Assembly (NCBI GenBank): GCA_039589275.1
Contig: JBDHHP010000004.1
Span: 11,377-75,376 of the forward strand
Source: Gemmatimonadota bacterium
GTDB lineage: Bacteria; Gemmatimonadota; Gemmatimonadetes; Gemmatimonadales; GWC2-71-9
Reading direction: 5' to 3'
Length of the DNA: 64,000 nucleotides
The notes beneath the pieces were generated by a model, which had not been told where the DNA came from, ran no database searches, and was given only the letters and a program-made list of their open reading frames with translations. Position numbers and translations under genes: made by a program. Each line of letters starts with the position of its first letter. Position 1 is the first letter of the stretch. This document shows positions 19,994 to 29,693 of the stretch, piece by piece.

Positions 19994-21081
19994 GTAGTGG
20001 GTCAACCGGCCCTCTAAGTACAGCGGCATCTGACCGTGCGTTCTGCCACGAGATGCTGCCGCGAGTGTCTCGCACGTTTGCGATCTGCATTCGCCTGCTG
20101 CCACCCGAACTCGAACACTCAGTGCTCGTAGCCTACTTGCTGTGTCGCATCGCGGACACGATCGAGGATACGATCCGACTGCGGCCAGGGGACAAGAAGC
20201 GCTTATTGGCTCACTTCAGCACGTGCCTTGACGAGATGGGGCCCGACGCCGAACCGCTCCAAGAGGCCTTTGCCGAGTCTATTGACGACGATGAACGGCT
20301 GGCACGGGAAGCCGACGTGGTGCTGCGTGAGTTCCAGCAACTTCCCGAACGGCACCAGTCCGCTGTCAGGCCGTGGGTGAAAGAGATGTGCACTGGAATG
20401 GCGGCCTTCGCCGAGGAATCGGAGGGAGAACAAGACACTACATCCACCTCGATCGCTACGGTGCAGGACCTAGAGCGTTACTGCTACTATGTCGCTGGCA
20501 CTGTCGGACACCTGCTCACCGAGCTATTCGGGCAACAGACGTCCGTTACGAAGCAGCGGTACGCCCGTATGAAATCGCTCGCGACGAGCTTTGGTCTTGG
20601 ACTGCAACTCACGAACATAATTAAAGACGTGGCCGACGACCGGCGTCGAGGCCGCAATTTCGTGCCAAGACAGCTCTGCCTGAGCGCCGGCATTACGCCG
20701 GAACAAGTTCAAGGGCACGGTACATTCCGCGAGTCACGACAAGTCATGGACCAGTTGATCGACAAGGCAAAGGAACACCTGTGTGACGCCCTGGAATACT
20801 CCACTGCACTGCCACGCAGGTCGTTCAGGGTGCGAGCATTCTGCCTGACTTCGTTCTACTTCGCCGTCCGCACGCTGCGACTCGCGGAACACGATCCTCG
20901 CCTACTCGATCCAAACCACAAACTGAAGATCACCCGAGGCGAGGTGTACCGAACCATAGCTGCCACTAAGCTCATCGCTCCCGTAGACTCACTCGTTCGC
21001 AGATACTTCCGTCGACTCGCGGGCGAGGCCTGGTGGCGCAGGTATCTGACTCACCGCAGAACGGCTCAGGAAGCTGGTTGA
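19981..21081 (+). CDS. Squalene synthase-type (SQS/FDFT1-like) trans-isoprenyl diphosphate synthase, head-to-head
   Basis: 366 aa. Motifs [40 protein letters not shown] and [25 protein letters not shown] resemble SQS rather than the CrtB type. The alternative GTG at 19990 would give a 4-nt GTGA overlap with the upstream gene. Confidence 0.8.
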   Translation: MAYVSSGSTGPLSTAASDRAFCHEMLPRVSRTFAICIRLLPPELEHSVLVAYLLCRIADTIEDTIRLRPGDKKRLLAHFSTCLDEMGPDAEPLQEAFAESIDDDERLAREADVVLREFQQLPERHQSAVRPWVKEMCTGMAAFAEESEGEQDTTSTSIATVQDLERYCYYVAGTVGHLLTELFGQQTSVTKQRYARMKSLATSFGLGLQLTNIIKDVADDRRRGRNFVPRQLCLSAGITPEQVQGHGTFRESRQVMDQLIDKAKEHLCDALEYSTALPRRSFRVRAFCLTSFYFAVRTLRLAEHDPRLLDPNHKLKITRGEVYRTIAATKLIAPVDSLVRRYFRRLAGEAWWRRYLTHRRTAQEAG

Positions 21082-21134
21082 AGAATGCAGCGTCTCTCAT
21101 ATCGCCGCACTGCACTACCAGCAAACCGCTTTCT

Positions 21135-21929
21135 ATGAGACAGTACCTCGACATGCTGCGGCACGTGCTCGAGCACGGCAAACCCAGGTCGGATCGCACG
21201 GGTACTGGTACATTCTCCGTGTTTGGCTACCAGACGCGGTTCGATTTGGGCGCTGGCTTCCCATTGACTACCACCAAGAAGCTGCACCTGAAGTCGATCA
21301 TACATGAGTTGCTGTGGTTTCTGCGCGGCGAAACCAACGTTCAGTACCTGAACGAAAAGAAAGTGACGATCTGGAACGAGTGGGCAGATCAAGTCGGAGA
21401 CCTCGGCCCAGTATACGGACGCCAGTGGCGCAAATGGAGCTCCGGAAACGGAGAGCAAGTTGATCAGATTGCCGAGGCGGCCAGACTGATCCGCGAGGAG
21501 CCCAGCTCTCGCAGGATAGTGGTGAGTGCATGGAACGTGGCGGATCTACCGAAGATGGCCCTCGCACCTTGCCACCTGTTGTTTCAATTCTACGTCCGGG
21601 ACGGCAAAATCTCGTGCCAGCTCTATCAACGCAGCGCAGATCTGTTTCTAGGCGTGCCTTTCAACATCGCCTCCTATGCACTGCTCACGATGATGTTTGC
21701 CCAGGTGAGCGACCTCTCGCCAGGCGAGTTTGTGCACACTTTCGGCGATTTGCACCTGTACTCCAACCACCTAGAGCAGGCACAGCTGCAACTCAGCCGG
21801 GAACCAAGACCGTCGCCCAAGGTAGAAATAAATCCGGAGGTGCAATCGATATTTGACTTCCGGTACGAGGACTTCAATCTCGTAGGTTACAATCCCCACC
21901 CGCATATCGCGGCAGACGTTGCCGTATGA
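21135..21929 (+). CDS. thyA: Thymidylate synthase (ThyA type)
   Basis: The internal ATG at 21135 gives canonical [26 protein letters not shown]. Catalytic motif [13 protein letters not shown] is present. The track ORF start at 21033 overlaps the SQS gene. Confidence 0.95.
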   Translation: MRQYLDMLRHVLEHGKPRSDRTGTGTFSVFGYQTRFDLGAGFPLTTTKKLHLKSIIHELLWFLRGETNVQYLNEKKVTIWNEWADQVGDLGPVYGRQWRKWSSGNGEQVDQIAEAARLIREEPSSRRIVVSAWNVADLPKMALAPCHLLFQFYVRDGKISCQLYQRSADLFLGVPFNIASYALLTMMFAQVSDLSPGEFVHTFGDLHLYSNHLEQAQLQLSREPRPSPKVEINPEVQSIFDFRYEDFNLVGYNPHPHIAADVAV

Positions 21930-22414
21930 CGATCTCTCTCATTGCAGCGATGGCGGAGAACAGAGTCATCGGTCGCGGCGCGCAATTACCGTGGCGACTT
22001 CCGGCAGACATGAAGCACTTTAAGGGACTGACCGTCGGGCACACCGTCATCATGGGCCGCAAGACCTTTGACACGTTAAACGGACCCTTGCCGAATCGAC
22101 GGAATGTCGTCGTAACCCGAGACCGGGAATACCGGCGGGAAGGCGTGAATGTCGTGTATTGCCTTGCTGACGCAATTCGGCTCGCTGGGCAGGACGACGA
22201 AGTGTTTGTGGTGGGGGGAGGGGAAATCTACAAGGAGGCACTACCACTCGCAGATCGACTCTACCTCACCGTGGTCCACACAACCGCCGACGGCGATGTC
22301 TTCTTCCCCGAGTTTGAGCTGTGTCAATGGAGCCTCAAGAATGAACAGCGGCACGAGGCAGACGACAAACACGTCCATGCTTTCAGCTTTCGGCTATACG
22401 AAAGACGTCATTGA
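21926..22414 (+). CDS. folA: Dihydrofolate reductase
   Basis: 162 aa, beginning [48 protein letters not shown]. 4-nt overlap with thyA. Confidence 0.95.
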   Translation: MTISLIAAMAENRVIGRGAQLPWRLPADMKHFKGLTVGHTVIMGRKTFDTLNGPLPNRRNVVVTRDREYRREGVNVVYCLADAIRLAGQDDEVFVVGGGEIYKEALPLADRLYLTVVHTTADGDVFFPEFELCQWSLKNEQRHEADDKHVHAFSFRLYERRH

Positions 22415-22428
22415 CCGCCCCAATCAAC

Positions 22429-22463
22429 GAAAAGCGCCGAGTGTTGCGCGCTCGACGCTTTTC
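22429..22463. terminator. Bidirectional hairpin terminator between convergent folA and EF-G2 genes
   Basis: GAAAAGCGCCGAG / CTCGACGCTTTTC pair at 12 of 13 positions with a 9-nt loop. The GC core is flanked by an A-run and a T-run. Confidence 0.55.
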
Positions 22464-22484
22464 TAGCGTGCAACTGGAGCGGGT

Positions 22485-24584
22485 CTAGTGCTTCGCAGCC
22501 TCTTCCTCTTCCCGTTTCTTCCCCGCTATGATCTTCTCTGCCACGTCCCCCGGCACGTCCTGGTAGCTGGAGAACTTCCAGCTGAAGGTGCCCCTACCGC
22601 GAGTCATGGAGTGTAGCTGAGTCGAGTACCTGAACATCTCGGCCTCGGGAACCAACGCCTTTACTTTGATCAGCCGCCGATCCGGCTCAGTCCCGAGAAT
22701 CTGACCACGGCGTGAGGAAAGATCGCCCATCACGTCCCCGAGGTTGTCGTCGGGCGTCCACACCTCGACGTCCAAGATTGGCTCCAAAATCACCGGCCTG
22801 CACTTGGGTGCGACGTTCCTGAAGGCCAGGATACCCGCCATCTTGAACGATTGCTCACTGCTATCCACATCGTGATAACTGCCATCGTAGCAGTCCGCCG
22901 AAAAGTCAACCACCGGCGCTCCAGCCAACACTCCTCGTGCTGCCGCCTCCTTTATCCCCCGGTCCACGGCCGGGATGTACTTGGATGGAATCACACCTCC
23001 GACGATCGAGTTGATGAACTCGTACCCACTTCCACCCGGCTTTGGTGCGATCCGAATCCGGCAGTCTCCGTATTGGCCCCGTCCGCCAGATTGCTTCTTG
23101 TGTTTGCCTTGCCCGTCGCCCTTACCCCGGAACGTCTCACGGTAGGCAACCTTGGGTCTCAACAGTTCGGAGTGGACACCGAACTTCCGCTCGAGCCGCT
23201 TGGCGATAATCTCCAAATGGCGTTCACCGCGACCGCTGATCAGTGTTTGTCTTAGCTCCGCGTTGAAGTGGTGGTGGAACGTGGGGTCCTCATCATGCAG
23301 CTTCTGCAGCCCGGTGGACAACTTGTCCTCTTCGCCACGAGTCGTAACCGCAATCGCCATGACTATCAGCGGATCGGGAAAGGGGATCTTAGACACCACA
23401 ACCTGGTTCCCCTGCTGCGACAGGGTGTCGTTGGTATGCGTGTCCTTGAGCTTCGCCACCACACCGACATCACCTGCGTGGAGCTCGATTACTTCCGACC
23501 GTTCCTTGCCCTGTGCTACAGATAGGTGGTTCAGTTTCTCTTGCACGCTGCGGGGCGCATTATAGACCTCTGCGCCATTGCCGATCTTGCCCGAGTAAAT
23601 CCTGAACAGAGATACGTCGCCGACATGTGGCTCTGAAACGGTCTTGAAAACCTGCGCCACGAACGGAGCGTCGTCTTTGGCTTCCACCAAGACCTCATCA
23701 GCCTGACCCCATCTTTGCGCGGCTGGCGAGGTGCATTCACTTGCTGCGGGCGCGAGTTCCACCAACTTGGTGAGCAACGCGCGCATTCCGTAGGTCAGCT
23801 CCGCGGATCCGCAAAGCAACGGGAACAGCTCGCCTTTCACCATACCGGCCTTGGCCGCCTCGATCACTTCGTCGAGGGAAATCTCCTCACCGCCCAGGTA
23901 GCGCTCGAGTAGATCGTCGTCTGTCGTTGCAATGGTCTCGATAAGGTCCTGTGAGTATCTCTCCAAGCGATCTTGATACTCTTCGGGTACGTCGACCTCG
24001 TCATATTCGCCAGTCTTCGTACCCTTCTTGTACATGTTGCACTTCTTGGTGAACAAGTTGATGATGCCATGGAATTCAGAGCCTTCACCCACCGGAATCT
24101 CAATCGGGACAACTTTGTTCGTGAGATGGTCCTTTATGTCCTGATAGACACGTTCGAAGTCCGCGTGCTCTTTGTCCAGCATGGTTACCATGAATAACCG
24201 CGGCACTCCGCGCTCAGCCGCGTACTCCCAGACCTTCTCTGTGCCCACTTCCACTCCTGACGTAGCCCCAACAACCACGAGCGTCGCGTCGGCGGCGTAC
24301 ACGCCCGCCATCGCGTCGCCAGTGAAATCGAGGTATCCGGGAGTGTCGATGAGGTTGATCTTGGTGTCCATCCACTCGGCGTAGGCCAACGCCAAGCTGA
24401 TTGAATACTTCCGTTCGATCTCGTCTGGGGTGTAATCGGTGAGGGCTGTTCCGTCGGGAACTGAACCATGCCGCTTGCTGCTTCCGGCCACAAAAGCGAG
24501 CGCATCTACCAAAGTTGTCTTTCCACTCGCGCCATGGCCCACCACCGCAACGTTGCGTATGGCGTCACCTGCATAGACACGCAT
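22485..24584 (-). CDS. Elongation factor G paralogue (EF-G-2-like translational GTPase)
   Basis: 699 aa. The G1 motif VVGHGASGKTTL replaces the canonical AHxDAGKT, as in Thermus EF-G-2. DTPGYLDF and TMLDK are present, plus EF-G domains II-V. Strong RBS GAGGAGGTG. Confidence 0.9.
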   Translation of the reverse strand: MRVYAGDAIRNVAVVGHGASGKTTLVDALAFVAGSSKRHGSVPDGTALTDYTPDEIERKYSISLALAYAEWMDTKINLIDTPGYLDFTGDAMAGVYAADATLVVVGATSGVEVGTEKVWEYAAERGVPRLFMVTMLDKEHADFERVYQDIKDHLTNKVVPIEIPVGEGSEFHGIINLFTKKCNMYKKGTKTGEYDEVDVPEEYQDRLERYSQDLIETIATTDDDLLERYLGGEEISLDEVIEAAKAGMVKGELFPLLCGSAELTYGMRALLTKLVELAPAASECTSPAAQRWGQADEVLVEAKDDAPFVAQVFKTVSEPHVGDVSLFRIYSGKIGNGAEVYNAPRSVQEKLNHLSVAQGKERSEVIELHAGDVGVVAKLKDTHTNDTLSQQGNQVVVSKIPFPDPLIVMAIAVTTRGEEDKLSTGLQKLHDEDPTFHHHFNAELRQTLISGRGERHLEIIAKRLERKFGVHSELLRPKVAYRETFRGKGDGQGKHKKQSGGRGQYGDCRIRIAPKPGGSGYEFINSIVGGVIPSKYIPAVDRGIKEAAARGVLAGAPVVDFSADCYDGSYHDVDSSEQSFKMAGILAFRNVAPKCRPVILEPILDVEVWTPDDNLGDVMGDLSSRRGQILGTEPDRRLIKVKALVPEAEMFRYSTQLHSMTRGRGTFSWKFSSYQDVPGDVAEKIIAGKKREEEEAAKH

Positions 24585-24686
24585 GTGTCACACCTCCTCA
24601 AATCGGGAGGGGGAACATGGTCAAGTGTTGCAACGAAGTCAAATCCCTGCCAATCATGCCCCAGAAGGTAGATTCCAGCTAGATTC

Positions 24687-26207
24687 GTGCTCATGTCTAT
24701 TCCTCTCACTCTCCTGTTGGCACTGCATCTCGCCGCCTCTGCAGTGCTGGCGGCGTACGGCTATCATCGACTGAGTCTAGCTGTCCGGTTCCTCCGGCAG
24801 TCGCCAACGACCCGTACACGAGATCCGGCTCGCGAGACGCAATACCCTTCTGTGACGGTGCAGATCCCGTTGTATAACGAGCGATACGTTGCCGAGGACA
24901 TAGTCTGCGCTGCAGCCGAGTTGGATTATCCTGTGAGCCAGCTGGAGATTCAGGTGCTCGATGATTCGACTGATGAGACAACGGCTGTGGTGGGAAGGGT
25001 CGTGCGAAGATACCGTGCGCGGGGCATTCGGATTTCGCACGTGCGGCGCGGCACCCGGTGTGACTTCAAGGCAGGTGCGTTGGATCACGGACTTGCCTGC
25101 GCTCGTGGCGAGCTGATCGCAATATTCGACGCCGACTTCGTCCCACCGCGTGACTTTCTCTGCAGACTGGTTGGTGAGTTCGCCGATCCTCAGGTGGCGA
25201 TGGTTCAAGCCCGATGGGGGCACCTCAACCAGCCGGCATCTCTGCTCACGAGGGTCCAAGCGCTGCAGCTTGATGCACACTTCACCATTGAACAGGGCGT
25301 CCGCTGCGCGGGGAGTCTCTTCTTCAACTTCAATGGTACTGCCGGCATCTGGCGCAGGGCGGCCATCAGAGACGCGGGAGGGTGGCGAGCCAACACACTG
25401 ACGGAAGACCTCGATCTATCCTACCGTGCTCAGCTCAACGGTTGGCGTTTTGTCTACCGTGATGATGTCGAGGCTCCGGCGGAGCTGCCGGTTGAGATCG
25501 CAGCTTACCGCCAGCAGCAGCAACGGTGGGCACAGGGCGGAGTGCAGGCAGCGACCACTCTGCTACCACGAGTCGTAAGGGCAACGCTTCCTACTAGGGT
25601 GAAGCGCGAGGCTTTCTGGCATCTGGCAGGGCACTTCGCGTATCCGGTGTTGGTGACGATGGCGATGGCCGGTGTTTCTGCTGGTTGGCTCGCTGGGGAG
25701 CACTACCGCCCCTGGTTCTACGGCATTGACGGCTTCCTGCTGTCTTTCGCGACACTTTCGCTCGCGTTCTACTATGGGCTGGCCGCAAAGCTTCGTGGTG
25801 GTCCGGAGTGGCCGAAACGGCTCGCTCTCGTGCCGTGCGTCATGGTCCTTGGAGCAGGCATTTCCCTGGGACAGTCGATTGCGGTTGCTCGAGGCGTCTT
25901 CAGGTGGCCTACGCCCTTCGTGCGAACACCCAAGTACCGGCAGGGCGGTAAGCACGACCGCGCCTGGCGCAGAGCGTCATACAGGGTCTCCGCCCTCGGT
26001 GTTGCGCTAGCTGAATGTTGTGCGGGGTTAGCTGTACTTGTGGTTGGAGCGTGTGCGGTCGTACAGCACCTCGCGGTCCCTCCAGGGGCCATAGCGCTGT
26101 TCGGAACAGGCTTCCTGGCCACTGGTACGGCAGCACTCATTCAGCACCGCGGCAAACGGACCAGGAATGATCCCGCTACGCTATCCACCCGGGAGAAGGC
26201 AGCGTAG
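24687..26207 (+). CDS. Processive-type family-2 glycosyltransferase (membrane-integrated beta-glycan synthase-like)
   Basis: 506 aa. The D,D,D,QxxRW signature is visible (VLDDSTDE; FDADF; TEDLDLS; QQQRWAQG). N- and C-terminal TM helices. Confidence 0.85.
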   Translation: MLMSIPLTLLLALHLAASAVLAAYGYHRLSLAVRFLRQSPTTRTRDPARETQYPSVTVQIPLYNERYVAEDIVCAAAELDYPVSQLEIQVLDDSTDETTAVVGRVVRRYRARGIRISHVRRGTRCDFKAGALDHGLACARGELIAIFDADFVPPRDFLCRLVGEFADPQVAMVQARWGHLNQPASLLTRVQALQLDAHFTIEQGVRCAGSLFFNFNGTAGIWRRAAIRDAGGWRANTLTEDLDLSYRAQLNGWRFVYRDDVEAPAELPVEIAAYRQQQQRWAQGGVQAATTLLPRVVRATLPTRVKREAFWHLAGHFAYPVLVTMAMAGVSAGWLAGEHYRPWFYGIDGFLLSFATLSLAFYYGLAAKLRGGPEWPKRLALVPCVMVLGAGISLGQSIAVARGVFRWPTPFVRTPKYRQGGKHDRAWRRASYRVSALGVALAECCAGLAVLVVGACAVVQHLAVPPGAIALFGTGFLATGTAALIQHRGKRTRNDPATLSTREKAA

Positions 26208-26256
26208 TATTAGGGCTGTTGATCGCCACCCCAGACACCTCGTCCGGGAGGTCTCT

Positions 26257-26658
26257 TTGATTGAGGATTCACTCGCGAAGTTCCAGAACTCGGCTCACGG
26301 ATTGATGCGCATCGTGGTCGGGTTCCTCTTCTTCACCCACGGCGGACAAAAGCTCTTCGGATGGTTCGGCGCCGACGGCACAGTCGAGCTACTGTCTCGA
26401 ATGGGCGTCGCCGGAATCCTAGAGTTCGTCGGCGGCCTCATGATCATGCTCGGCCTCTTCACCCGACCGGTGGCTTTCATCCTCTCCGGTCAGATGGCCG
26501 TGGCGTACTTCTGGGTTCATCTTCCCAACGGACTCTGGCCCTGGGCAAACCGGGGAGAGCTGGCCGCACTCTACTCATGGGTGTTTCTCTTCCTCGCAAC
26601 AGCGGGTGGCGGTAGCTTCAGCGTTGACTCGAAGCTCATGGGCGGGAAGGACACCTAA
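26257..26658 (+). CDS. DoxX-family membrane protein
   Basis: TTG at 26257 lies 5 nt after GGGAGG. Sequence runs LMRIVVGFLFFTHGGQKLFGWFG with four TM helices. The track start at 26167 overlaps the GT2 gene. Confidence 0.8.
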   Translation: MIEDSLAKFQNSAHGLMRIVVGFLFFTHGGQKLFGWFGADGTVELLSRMGVAGILEFVGGLMIMLGLFTRPVAFILSGQMAVAYFWVHLPNGLWPWANRGELAALYSWVFLFLATAGGGSFSVDSKLMGGKDT

Positions 26659-26659
26659 C

Positions 26660-27238
26660 TTGCACCACCGGAAGTTGCTGGCGGCCACGCTGGCGTTTGC
26701 CACCGTGGCCGCCGGACCTGCATTGTCCCAGGAGCGGGCTTTCGTACTGTTCACTCAGGCGGGATACCAGATCCCGTTCAGCAATCTGAGCCAGGATGGA
26801 GATGAGTTGCAGTCCGGTTGGACATTTGGGGGTGGGCTCGGACTGCAGCTCGGTGCGCACTACGCGCTCCGAGGGGTCGGGCTGTTCGGCCACAGCGATT
26901 ACCGGGGACCTGCATTGACCCTGGATGAACCCGGCTTTCGGCGCATGTTCGTGTCACTCGAGGTCCAGACCGGACTGCCGACCTCTGGAGGCTGGGCTCC
27001 GTATGCCTTCGCCGGCGCGGGTCTGGCACGTATGGATCCCAAAGACCTCAGCCTAGAGAGCTTTTCGAGTTTCATGGCACGCTTCGGCGCGGGCACAAAC
27101 TATGTCCTGGAGAATAGCTTCCTCACTTTCTTCTTGGAGTCTGGAGGCGTGGTCTACGACTTCGGTGCATACGGCTTCTCCGGCTACCAATTTGACCTGC
27201 AGGTACTGCTCGGTCTCGCATACGCCATACCGTATTAG
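26660..27238 (+). CDS. Small outer-membrane beta-barrel protein (OmpW/OmpX-like size)
   Basis: In-frame TTG at 26660, immediately after the DoxX stop, gives signal peptide LHHRKLLAATLAFATVAAGPALSQE. Alternating amphipathic strands and a C-terminal aromatic (..AYAIPY). Confidence 0.6.
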   Translation: MHHRKLLAATLAFATVAAGPALSQERAFVLFTQAGYQIPFSNLSQDGDELQSGWTFGGGLGLQLGAHYALRGVGLFGHSDYRGPALTLDEPGFRRMFVSLEVQTGLPTSGGWAPYAFAGAGLARMDPKDLSLESFSSFMARFGAGTNYVLENSFLTFFLESGGVVYDFGAYGFSGYQFDLQVLLGLAYAIPY

Positions 27239-27422
27239 CATCTCATGTGAGCCGACTATGCGATTTGCCCCACGCGCTCATGTTGGCGTCGACGCACCTG
27301 ATGACGCCAAGCGGTTTCGCTCCGCATGCAGCCACCTGAGCGCTCTTGAGACTACTGCAACTAGGAGTTAAGCTCACCAACGAACCCCGTTGGTCCGACC
27401 CTACCGACCCCAAGGTGCTGCG

Positions 27423-28304
27423 ATGCTGTATGAACCAGTGGTAGCGGGGGTAGACGACAGCCCAGAGGGAATCCAGTCGGCGAAGTTGGCTTGGCAGATC
27501 GCCGAGCGAGCGGGAGTGGAGTGTCTGTTGATCCATGCTGCAAGAGAGTTCTGGGCAGCATCGGGCGGCACAGACATTCCAATCGACGTAGGCACCATGA
27601 ATCGGGCCGTGCTTCAGGCCGCTCGTGAACGCCTGAACGACGTGCTTTCCCAGTCGATTCCCGAACACGTCCTGGCTCGGCTCGAAGTGAGACTGGGACG
27701 GGCGGCAGTGCTGATACGTGAAGCCGTGGCAGATCGGGACGCAGGGTTGGTTGTGCTGGGAGCAAAGCATCATCCTGCCATCACACGCTGGGTGGGCGGC
27801 AGCACGGTCCACAACGTGGTGAGAACCACAAAGGTGCCGGTTTTGGTATCGCGCACCGAGCATCCTGAGATCAAGCGTGTGCTCGTGGCCGTGGACATAT
27901 CCTATGCGACGGGGCCCACAATCGCTGCGGCTAGACGCTTCACCCAGTTGTTCCGGGCCCAGCTCAAGGTTGTCCACGTCGTCGAACCGCTGCCTCTCAT
28001 CGCGGCGCTGCCAATCGCCCTAGACCAGGATGCCTACTACCGTCTGTCGGAGACTCAGTTCAACGAGACCATCGGAGTGCACCTCCAAGGTGTCGAAGTC
28101 GAGCGTGTCATGCTGCGCGGTGCCGCGGATGATTGTCTGGTGGAGGAGGCAGCCAAATGGGGCGCCGATCTCTTGGTGGTAGGCTCTCATGGGAAGGGTT
28201 GGGTGGATCGTCTGCTAGTGGGAAGCACCACAGAGCGGCTACTCAATCACCTCCCTGCATCGACGCTCGTGGTGCCGGTAGCGGCCCCGCGTAGCGACAC
28301 CTAA
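27423..28304 (+). CDS. Tandem universal stress protein (two UspA domains)
   Basis: ATG at 27423 (MLYEPVVAGVDDS). Two USP ATP-binding-like tails are present (VLGAKHHPAITRWVGGSTVHNVV; VVGSHGKGWVDRLLVGSTTERLL). Confidence 0.85.
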   Translation: MLYEPVVAGVDDSPEGIQSAKLAWQIAERAGVECLLIHAAREFWAASGGTDIPIDVGTMNRAVLQAARERLNDVLSQSIPEHVLARLEVRLGRAAVLIREAVADRDAGLVVLGAKHHPAITRWVGGSTVHNVVRTTKVPVLVSRTEHPEIKRVLVAVDISYATGPTIAAARRFTQLFRAQLKVVHVVEPLPLIAALPIALDQDAYYRLSETQFNETIGVHLQGVEVERVMLRGAADDCLVEEAAKWGADLLVVGSHGKGWVDRLLVGSTTERLLNHLPASTLVVPVAAPRSDT

Positions 28305-28385
28305 CCCCGCCGCAAACCCGCCGGATCGCGGGTAGGGAACTCGCCCACCACACGCACCTGGTACTCGCGGCGGCTCAGATGTACC

Positions 28386-29636
28386 TTGGCCCATATGGCG
28401 CAACGGACCAACTCTGAGCCAGACAGGATCTGGTCTCGGATTGAGGATCTTTCACGCGCGGCCATTCGAATCACTGCACTACAGGACCTGGAGAGGGTCC
28501 TGCAGGAGGTGGTGGATTCGGCGCGCAACGTGATTGGTGCCCAATACGCGGCCCTCGGCGTACTCGACCCGCAGGGCCGAGGTTTGGTCAACTTTGTAAC
28601 GAGCGGCATACCCACCGATAAGCACGGTCAGATAGGCGACCTCCCCATGGGCAAGGGCGTTCTTGGTCTGTTGATACAAGATGCCAAGCCGATCAGGATC
28701 TCAGATCTTTCAGAACACCCTGGGGCGTTTGGATTCCCGCAGCACCACCCTGGAATGAAGTCGTTCCTCGGTGTCCCCATCCTGGGACGTGAGGTGCCCC
28801 TCGGGAACCTCTACCTGGCCGAGAAGATAGACGCCAACGAATTCAGCGAGGAAGATCAGGCTGTTGCTGTTCTGCTTGCTGGGCACGCAGCGGTGGCCGT
28901 GGAGAACGCCCGGAGACACGAGAAGGAAGCGAGGCTTCTGGACGAGCTGAAAGGAATGCAGCAGTCGAGAGAGCGGTTCTACGCAATGATCAACCACGAA
29001 TTGCGCAACGCCCTCACGGCGATCTATGGATGGGCCGACTTACTTCTGCGAAAGGCTGGGGATGATCCACCTCGCGCCGCCATCGAAGTGCACGAGTCAG
29101 CAGAGCAAACCCTCGGGTTACTAGAGGACCTGTTGCAGTTGAGCCGACTCGACGCTGAGAAGCTTCGTCCTGTGATTCAAGATGCTGATGCAGTGGACAT
29201 CGCGTGGGACGCCGTGCGTTCGGTAGAACCAGCTGCTGCGCGCAAAGGACTGCAGATCGAGATCACAGGTGTTTCGGAGCCTACGCCCTGTCGCACTGAC
29301 CCCCAACGCGTCAGACAGATTCTCATCAATCTGCTCACCAATGCAGTGCGACATAGCCCCGGAGGGGAATCAATCCTCGTGGACGTCAGGGCATCACATG
29401 ACCTAGTCAGATTCGACGTCGTAGACCACGGAGAGGGAATCGTCTCTGAGGAGCAAGCCACGATATTCGAGGCCTTCGAGGGTGGAAGCAATCAACGAGA
29501 ACGGGGAACGGGATTAGGACTTGCCCTATCACGGCAGCTTGCACGTTTGCTGGGCGGCGACCTCACGGTAGAGAGCAAGCAGGGGCACGGCGCTCGATTC
29601 ACGTTGAAGCTGCCCGCTCGGAGCAATGATCATTAA
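28386..29636 (+). CDS. Cytoplasmic GAF-domain sensor histidine kinase
   Basis: 416 aa. GAF domain, then H-box (INHELRNALTAIYGW), then HATPase N/G boxes (LINLLTNAVRHS; GTGLGLALSRQLA). Confidence 0.85.
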   Translation: MAHMAQRTNSEPDRIWSRIEDLSRAAIRITALQDLERVLQEVVDSARNVIGAQYAALGVLDPQGRGLVNFVTSGIPTDKHGQIGDLPMGKGVLGLLIQDAKPIRISDLSEHPGAFGFPQHHPGMKSFLGVPILGREVPLGNLYLAEKIDANEFSEEDQAVAVLLAGHAAVAVENARRHEKEARLLDELKGMQQSRERFYAMINHELRNALTAIYGWADLLLRKAGDDPPRAAIEVHESAEQTLGLLEDLLQLSRLDAEKLRPVIQDADAVDIAWDAVRSVEPAAARKGLQIEITGVSEPTPCRTDPQRVRQILINLLTNAVRHSPGGESILVDVRASHDLVRFDVVDHGEGIVSEEQATIFEAFEGGSNQRERGTGLGLALSRQLARLLGGDLTVESKQGHGARFTLKLPARSNDH

Positions 29637-29693
29637 GACGACTTCACATCCGATTCAGTTGGGTCTCACCGGGGGCTCGGTAGGGTTCGCTCC

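Noticed and set aside
21033-21134. N-terminal extension of thyA in the ORF track (overlapping the SQS gene)
   Set aside because: Canonical ThyA begins MRQYLDML.. at 21135. The extension is only the longest-ORF artefact. The same reasoning applies to track starts 13018 (amidohydrolase), 26167 (DoxX), 26606 (outer-membrane barrel), 27390 (USP), 31823 (cytochrome c) and 47928 (hybrid kinase).
27243-27977. 244-aa minus-strand ORF opposite the USP gene
   Set aside because: It has an odd His/Cys/Gln/Arg-rich composition and no motifs. The plus strand encodes a textbook tandem USP.
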